Position numbers and translations under genes: made by a program
The notes under the pieces: model-generated
What the model was told of the DNA's origin: nothing
The model's input: only the letters and a program-made list of their open reading frames with translations
Databases searched by the model: none
From: Macrostomum lignano
Taxonomy: Eukaryota
Direction: 5' to 3'
DNA length: 27,030 nt
Assembly (NCBI GenBank): GCA_002269645.1
Contig: NIVC01005072.1
Location: 1 to 27,030, forward strand
Part shown: positions 20,456 to 27,030 of the stretch, in pieces
How the letters are laid out: the number at the start of each line of letters is the position of its first letter
Numbering within the stretch: position 1 is the first letter of the stretch

Positions 20456-22885
20456 CTATTTCTTCCGGCTGCGCAGACCGATCCGCCTACCTGGGGCAGG
20501 TTTCGCCGACTCGTCGCCGTCGCCTCCCCGACGTCGTTGACGACGCGACGACTGACGACTCTCGACGATGTCCGTGCGGACGCTCAGAGAGCTGCTGGCG
20601 CCGCTGGCCGCGCTGTCCGGCGAGCCGCCGACGAATTCGGACGACGCCGCTCGGCTGGCTGGTCGGCCGCGACGTCGACGACCGGCGACGGCGGAGCGAC
20701 TTCCGACAACAGCGGAGGAGCTGCTGCGGACCGAGTCTGGCGACGCGGCGGTGGCCTCCTCTGGCAGGGCTGGCAGATCGTCGGCTGCGGCGGCCGAAGC
20801 GACGGAGGCTCGCCGACCGCCGACAGTGGCTGCACGCGGCGGCTGCTGCGGCGACCACGCAGGCGGTTCGACCGTCTGATAGACGGGCCGGCCGGGGCGC
20901 TGGCGATGGACATCTCCGAGTCCAAGGAGCTGGCGCTGGTGTTCAACAGATCCTCCTCATCGGCGACTGTCGCGGCTGTCGAAGCGGACGCCGACTGTTG
21001 CGTGGACTGCGACTGCGGAGGAGGTGGCGGAGGCGGCATCGCCAAGTCAGCTTCGTCAACGGACTGGACTGAGGCGCGGCGAGAGCTCCGACGTAGCTTT
21101 TGCTGCGGCGGTGGCTGAGCCAGTGACGGCGCTGCCGAGTCGGGGTAGGCGGCGCCGACATGGACACCCGTCGCCGAAGCTGGTATTTCACCTCCGGCGA
21201 CGCCGCCATCGTCTCTTCGGTAGCGTCTTCGGCTTCTGGCTGTTCTACATCCGCCTTGTCGTCACTGTCCGACTCGCTGGATGACGAAGCGGCAGCCTCC
21301 TCGGCGGCCGCCACCGTCTCGTCCTGCTTTGACACTCGCCGCCGACGACTTCGCTGACCGACGGCGCGCTTCGGTCCCGTTTTACGACGTCCATCAGCGG
21401 TGGCGGCGGCGCTACGTCGCGTCTTCGGCACCGTAGAGGCAGCATCCGCTTCCGTCTTCACATCCTCCGCATTCTCCTCCTTACTAGCATTGTCAGCCTC
21501 CTTTTCCTTTGCGTCTGGCTTCTCTGCGTCAGCACTGCTTTGCGTCGACTCCGACAAACGTCGAGGTCGTCGACGACCACGCCGACCTACTGAACGTCTT
21601 GTCGATATCGTTTCTTCCTCTTCGTCTTCCTCCCCCACTTCCTCATCGACGTCCTCCTGCCTGGATGCAGAGGGCCCTGCCACAGGCGGCTGATTAGAAA
21701 AGAAGCTGTCAGTTTCGAAGTGGCTTTCCGTTTCACGATCCCCGGAGATATTCGCCGTTTGTTCCGATTGCCGCTCATCGGCCGTAGCAACCGCTTCCTC
21801 TTGCATGCCGGCGGAACTAATATCCATGCTGACCTCCTGCACGACCGTCTTCTGACCGAAATCGCCCGCGTCCGCGGCTGGACGACTAGCGCCGGTGGAT
21901 GGGCTGACGCTTTGCGGCGACGTCGAATGGACGACAATTGGTGAGCCGGCGGGACGTCGAACTACTACTACTGATATTACTGACGGCGACTGCTGCTGCT
22001 GGGACTGAGGTGAGAGTGGGTGCGACTGTTGATCTTGCGAGGACACTCGCTGAGTCGGCTGCTGAAGCGGAGGCGACACCTGCTGAGTTGACTGCTGAAG
22101 CGGAGGCGACACCTGCTGAGTCGGCTGCTGAAGCGGAGGCGACATTCGCTGAGTCGGCTGCTGAAGCGGAGGCGACATTCGCTGAGTCGGCTGCTGAAGT
22201 GGAGGCGACACCCGCTGAGTCGGCTGCTGAAGTGGAGGCGACACCCGCTGAGTCGGCTGCTGAAGTGGAGGCGACACCCGCTGAGTCGGCTGCTGAAGTG
22301 GAGGCGACACCCGCTGAGTCGGCTGCTGAAGTGGAGGCGACACCCGCTGAGTCGGCTGCTGAAGTGGAGGCGACACCCGCTGAGTCGGCTGCTGAAGTGG
22401 AGGCGACACCCGCTGAGTCGGCTGCTGAAGTGGAGGCGACACCCGCTGAGTCGGCTGCTGAAGTGGAGGCGACACCCGCTGAGTCGGCTGCTGAAGTGGA
22501 GGCGACACCCGCTGAGTCGGCTGCTGAAGCGGAGGCGACATTCGCTGAGCCGATCGGATAAATCGAGCCCGACCCAGCTTGGTCGGCGGACTGAAAACGA
22601 AGTCAGCGCTGCTAGCAGACGCCGTGTCAACCGCCGCTGACTGTACAGCTGCTAGCCGAATATTCGGCAAAGGCTTAGCGAAGGTGAACGAGGAAGCGGA
22701 AGGCTGCTCGGATTCGATTCTGGGCGCAGCGGCGGATGCGGCACCGGGGGAAACGGAGCGGCGGCCAAGCAGGTCGCTGCGAGCCATTGAAGCTACGGGA
22801 CTGGCAGCGGTGACGGCTGGGCTACAGAAGGGAACTGATACGACTGATTCTGGCGGAGGCGGCGTGGGCCGCTCGACAACCGGAG
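20456..22885 (-). CDS. Orphan gene, long terminal exon (two apparent -1 frameshifts near 21143 and about 20835)
   Basis: The 655-aa ORF reads as plausible protein to ...YQLRRRVSMSAPPTP, then the 21045 frame (PPPPPPPQSQ...DEEDLLNTSASS), then a third frame lacking a start codon (ADDLPALPEEATAASPDSVRSSS...RSRKK*). Confidence 0.7.
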
Positions 22886-25454
22886 CTGGAATGGCGACAG
22901 GAGAGTTCAACGAGGCTCAGTTAGTTTATCGCAAAGTAGGACACAGTACGAATGAGAGCTTTGCTTTTCTATCATAATTTATCCGATGACATTTTAATAA
23001 GCATCTATTTTGAGTTTCGTGAGCATTCGCATTATGAGCACTCTATCTTTAAGCATTCACTCTATGAGAATTTGCTTTATGAGCATTCGCTCTATGAGCA
23101 TTAGCTCTATGAGAATTTGCTCTATGAGCATTCGCTCTATGAGCATTAGCTCTATGAGAATTTGCTCTATGAGCATTCGCTCTATGAGCATTAGCTCTAT
23201 GAGAATTTGCTCTATGAGAATTTGCTCTATGAGCATTCGCTCTATGAGCATTCGCTGTATGAGAATTCGCTCTATGAGAATTTGCTCTATGAGAATTCGC
23301 TCTATGAGCATTCGCTCTATGAGCATTCGCTCTATGAGCATTCGCTCTATGAGCATTCGCTCGCTCTATGAGCATTCGCTCTATAAGAATTCGCTCTATG
23401 AGCACTCGCTCTATGAGCATTCGCTCGCTCTATGAGCATTCGCTCTAAAAGCATTTGCTCTATGAGCATTCGCTGTATGAGAATTCGCTCTATGAGAATT
23501 TGCTCTATGAGAATTCGCTCTATGAGCATTCGCTCTATGAGCATTCGCTCTATGAGCATTCGCTCTATGAGCATTCGCTCGCTCTATGAGCATTCGCTCT
23601 ATAAGAATTCGCTCTATGAGCACTCGCTCGCTCTATGAGCATTCGCTCTAAAAGCATTTGCTCTATGAGCATTCGCTCTATGAGCATTCGCTCGCTCTAT
23701 GAGCATTCGCTCTATAAGAATTCGCTCTATGAGCACTCGCTCTATGAGCATTCGCTCGCTCTATGAGCATTCGCTCTAAAAGCATTTGCTCTATGAGCAT
23801 TCGCTGTATGAGAATTCGCTCTATGAGAATTTGCTCTATGAGAATTCGCTCTATGAGCATTCGCTCTATGAGCATTCGCTCTATGAGCATTCGCTCTATG
23901 AGCATTCGCTCTATGAGCATTCGCTCGCTCTATGAGCATTCGCTCTATAAGAATTCGCTCTATGAGCACTCGCTCGCTCTATGAGCATTCGCTCTAAAAG
24001 CATTTGCTCTATGAGCATTCGCTTTATGAGCATTCGCTCTATGAGCATTCGCTTTATGAGCATTCGCTTTATGAGCATTCGCTCTATGAGCATTCGCTTT
24101 ATGAGCATTCGCATTAGACTTCGTGCTGAGGAATTATCGCTCCAACTGAACAGATTAAAAAAAGCTTAATAAAAGTCACACTACCAATAACAAAGACCCC
24201 CATCGCTTACAGGTGTCCTCTGGCGTTACAAAGACATCAGACGACGAAGCCGGCGACACGGCAGCGCTTCCACGGTTAGACTGGCTGACGTCATCGACAG
24301 AGTTTATTTTCGGCGGCACAGCCAACCCTTGAGGTCGAGGCGGCTTTGTTGCCGAAGTGCCGCTGTCATCTGGTGAAGATAAAAAATTGTGCAACTACAG
24401 ATGTACGACTTTACCTGAACAAGTTCTGATCAGCTCATTTTTATGAAGTGTCTCAAAAGACGAAAATGTTTTGGTTTTTTATCAGATAATAAGTGGTGGC
24501 TGCCTTGGAGGCGATGCAACAAAAAATCAGCCTAAAAATCAGCCGTGTACTAACCGCTGCCAATTATGCTTAACTTAAAATCCAAATGTTTCCAATCTCA
24601 CCTGGATTGGAAAATATAGGTCGCTTTCACAAGCTCAAAACATCACAAGCTTGAAGCTTCACAAGCTCACAGCTTCATCACAAGCTCGAAACTGCACAAG
24701 CTCAAAGCTTCATCACAAGCTCAAAGCTTCATCACAAGCTCAAAGCTTCATCACAAGCTCAAAGCTTCATCACAAGCTCAAAGCTTCATCACAAGCGCAC
24801 AGCTTCAGCACAAGCTCAAAGCTTCACAAGCGCACAGCTTCATCACAAGCTGTTCAGAAAAACTTCGAGACAAACTCAAAATTCCGCTTCACGAAACGCC
24901 CCAGAAACTCACAAACTCAAAATTCCGCGCTCACGAAACGCCCAGAAACTAAAAACTAGACCTTGACACGTGATCTGGCAGAATAACTCCACCTGAAAAC
25001 AAACGCTCACCAGACGACAGTGCAGTCAAGTCGGGGCCAACCGCCGCAGTCGCTTCGGCCATTTCAACATCGAATGACCGGCTACTGCTGAGCTTGGCCT
25101 TCCCGACGCTTTCACTGCTGCAGCGGCGCGGGGCCGGAGGCGGACTGCTCGCGCTTGTAGGACGGAGAGTCGAAGCTGGTCTCGTCCAGATCTGCACCGA
25201 TGGAAAAGACTTGAGCTATAATGATCCATTGTGTTAAAATTTGCCATAATCAATGAACACCAACCAATCGGTATGGGAGACGGGCCTGGCGCCGGCGAAG
25301 GAGACGCAGCAGTTGGCGGCGGAGGTCCGGGAGTTGCACGACGTTGCATTGGCTGAGAATCTGAAGGCTGCCGCTGCTCCGGACTGGCGTCCTCAACGGC
25401 GTCGGCAAACGCGCAGCCGTCCAGCGGGGCTGTGCGATCGCTGATGCTGATTGC
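20456..25454 (-). CDS. Hypothetical large low-complexity (S/P/A/R/Q/E-rich), probably nuclear protein; model join(25454-25265,25215-25011,24369-24211,22885-20456), about 990 aa if three 1-nt frameshifts are repaired
   Basis: GC-rich coding-like blocks bounded by GT-AG sites. Phases match at 25011/24369 and 24211/22885 (CTAAC branch upstream of 22886). Basic clusters and an acidic tract; stop TAG at 20458-20456 after RRIGLRSRKK. No family recognised. Confidence 0.7.
22047..22549 (-). repeat. In-frame 33-bp coding minisatellite, 15 copies of R(V/M)SPPLQQPTQ
   Basis: Arg codons at 22544 and 22049 are 495 nt apart (15 x 33). Confidence 0.95.
23019..24114 (+). repeat. 15-bp minisatellite in the orphan gene intron, with higher-order duplication
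   Basis: Unit tatgagcattcgctc; marker variants ataagaattcgc and ctctaaaagcatttg each recur four times. Confidence 0.97.
24211..24369 (-). CDS. Orphan gene internal exon
   Basis: ttttttatcttcaccAG| acceptor and T|GTAAGC donor, both phase 1; DDSGTSATKPPRP...VSPASSSDVFVTPEDT. Confidence 0.8.
24627..24851 (+). repeat. 19-bp minisatellite, about 11 partly degenerate copies
   Basis: Unit aagctcaaagcttcatcac. Confidence 0.9.
24871..24953 (+). repeat. Two-copy tandem duplication of about 41 bp
   Basis: acaaactcaaaattccgc(t/g)(t/ct)cacgaaacgccc(c)agaaact occurs twice. Confidence 0.85.
25011..25215 (-). CDS. Orphan gene exon (5' frame ambiguous)
   Basis: TATAG| acceptor at 25216 and G|GTGAGC donor at 25010. 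The 3' part reads SSESVGKAKLSSSRSFDVEMAEATAAVGPDLTALSS; the 5' part is best in another frame (VFSIGADLDETSFDSPSYKR) if spliced from the upstream exon. Confidence 0.65.
25265..25454 (-). CDS. Probable most-upstream visible exon of the orphan gene
   Basis: cctcAG| at 25455, open frame AISISDRTAPLDG...SQPMQRRATPGPPPPTAASPSPAPGPSPIPI, then an AT-rich 49-nt GT...AG segment (25264-25216). Confidence 0.5.
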
Positions 25455-25505
25455 CTGAGGCCTCGGCTCTTAGTCCGGCTGTCGAGTTTTCCGCAGTATG
25501 GACAC

Positions 25506-27030
25506 TATTGATAATTAGGGAAACACCTGCGAGGATATGAGATATTGGATAATTAGGGAAACACCTGAGGATATGAGATATTGATAATTAGGGAAACACC
25601 TGAGGATTATGAGATATTGATAATTAGGGAAACACCTGAGGATATGAGATATTGAATAATTAGGGAAACACCCGATGAGGATATGAGATATTGATAATTA
25701 AGGAAACACCTGCGGATATGAGATATTGATAATTAGGGAAACACCCGATGAGGATATGAGATATTGGATAATTAAGGAAACACCTGCGGATATGAGATAT
25801 GATAATTAGGGAAACACCCGATGAGGATATGAGATATTGATAAATTAGGGAAACACCTGAGGATATGAGATATTGATAATTAGGAAACACCCGATGAGGA
25901 TATGAGATATTGATAATTAGGGAAACACCTGAGGATATGAGATATTGATAATTAGGGAAACACCTGAGGATATGAGATATTGATAATTAGGGAAACACCT
26001 GAGGATATGAGATATTGATAATTAGGGAAACACCTGGCGGAATATGAGATATTGATAATTAGGGAAACACCTGAGGATATGAAGCATTTGATAATTAGGA
26101 AACACCTGAGGATATGAGATTATTGATAATTAGGGAAACACCTGCGGATATGAGATATTGATAATTAGGGAAACACCCGATAAGGATATGAGATATTGAT
26201 AATTAGGGAAACACCCGATGAGGATATGAGATATTGATAATTAGGGAAACACCCGATGAGGATATGAGATATTGATAATTAGGGAAACACCTGAGGATAT
26301 GAGATATTGATAATTAGGGAAACACCTGAGGATATGAGATATTGATAATTAGGGAAACACCTGAGGATATGAGATATTGATAATTAGGGAAAACCCTGAG
26401 GATATGAGATATTGATAATTAGGGAAACACCTGAGGATATGAGATATTTGATAATTAGGGAAACACCTGAGGATATGAGATATTGATAATTAGGGAAAGC
26501 ACCGCGATGAAGATATGAGATATTGATAATTAAGGAAACACCTGCGGATATGAGATATTGATAATTAGGGAAACAACCTGAGAGATATGAGATATTGATA
26601 ATTAGGGAAACACCTGAGGATATGAGATATTGATAATTAGGGAAACACCCGATGAGGATATGAGATATTGATAATTAGGGAAACACCTGCACGATGAGGA
26701 TATGAGATATTGATAATTAGGGAAACACCCGATGAAGATATGAGATATTGATAATTAAGGAAACACCTGCGGATATGAGATATTGATAATTAGGGAAACA
26801 CCGCGATGAGGATATGAGATATTGATAATTAGGGAAACACCCGATGAAGATATGAGATATTGATAATTAAGGAAACACCTGCGGATATGAGATATTGATA
26901 ATTAGGGAAACACCCGATGAGGATATGAGATATTGATAATTAGGGAAACACCTGAGGATATGAATATTGATAATTAGGAAACACCTGAGGATATGAGATA
27001 TTGATAATTAGGGAAACACCCGATGAGGAT
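25506..27030 (+). repeat. 35/38-bp satellite, about 42 copies, running off the window end
   Basis: Unit gatattgataattagggaaacacctgaggatatga; 38-bp variant with cccgatgagg; sporadic 1-nt indels. Confidence 0.98.

Noticed and set aside
20484-20490. CAG|GTAGGC donor near the end of the orphan gene
   Set aside because: No downstream exon was found before RPB9, and reading through gives a natural basic C-terminus and stop 11 codons later.
20417-22561. Plus-strand ORFs (233, 216, 207 aa and others) opposite the orphan exon
   Set aside because: Expected antisense openness of GC-rich coding sequence; splice signals and phases support only the minus strand.
24993-25010. GTGAGCGTTTGTTTTCAG as a micro-intron
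   Set aside because: 18 nt is too short for a normal spliceosomal intron, and the continuing frame stops at 24949; the 25010 donor fits the 24369 acceptor in phase.
25253-25444. 63-aa + strand ORF as a divergent gene
   Set aside because: It overlaps the antisense of the probable orphan exon, has no recognisable family and runs into the satellite; not excluded but unsupported.
14811-27030. CRISPR array or prokaryotic defence system suggested by 21-40 bp repeats
   Set aside because: Repeats are head-to-tail with no unique spacers, there are no cas genes, and the context is intron-containing eukaryotic DNA.

Overview
Eukaryotic (animal) genomic DNA with GT-AG introns, GC-rich exons and about a third of the window in tandem repeats. 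Both ends lie inside arrays, so this may be a whole contig. The repeat load and codon style suggest a free-living flatworm such as Macrostomum, but that is inference only. Plus strand: a 9-exon DUR3-like urea/solute:cation symporter (3735-11495, about 760 aa by hand-summed exons) with a Cys/His-rich loop insert; its introns hold two foldback elements and a tRNA-headed CORE-SINE. Minus strand: a tight co-oriented trio made of a large low-complexity orphan gene (25454-20456, broken by about 3 apparent single-base frameshifts, with a 15 x 33-bp coding repeat), RPB9/POLR2I (2 exons) and intronless DPM3. Most gaps in this trio hold their own minisatellite (22, 31, 21/25, 40, 15, 19, 35/38 bp). Best leads: (1) the trio looks like a trans-spliced operon, with a candidate phase-0 AG acceptor before each ORF; (2) the start of DUR3 intron 2 re-encodes TAVLTN of the next exon using only synonymous codons; (3) a putative two-zinc module is inserted in DUR3; (4) an array of kappaB-type sites lies upstream of RPB9; (5) two CORE-SINEs share a body but have different tRNA-like heads. 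Most long ORFs in the supplied track are repeat artefacts. Coordinates and exon models were worked out by hand and no database searches were run.
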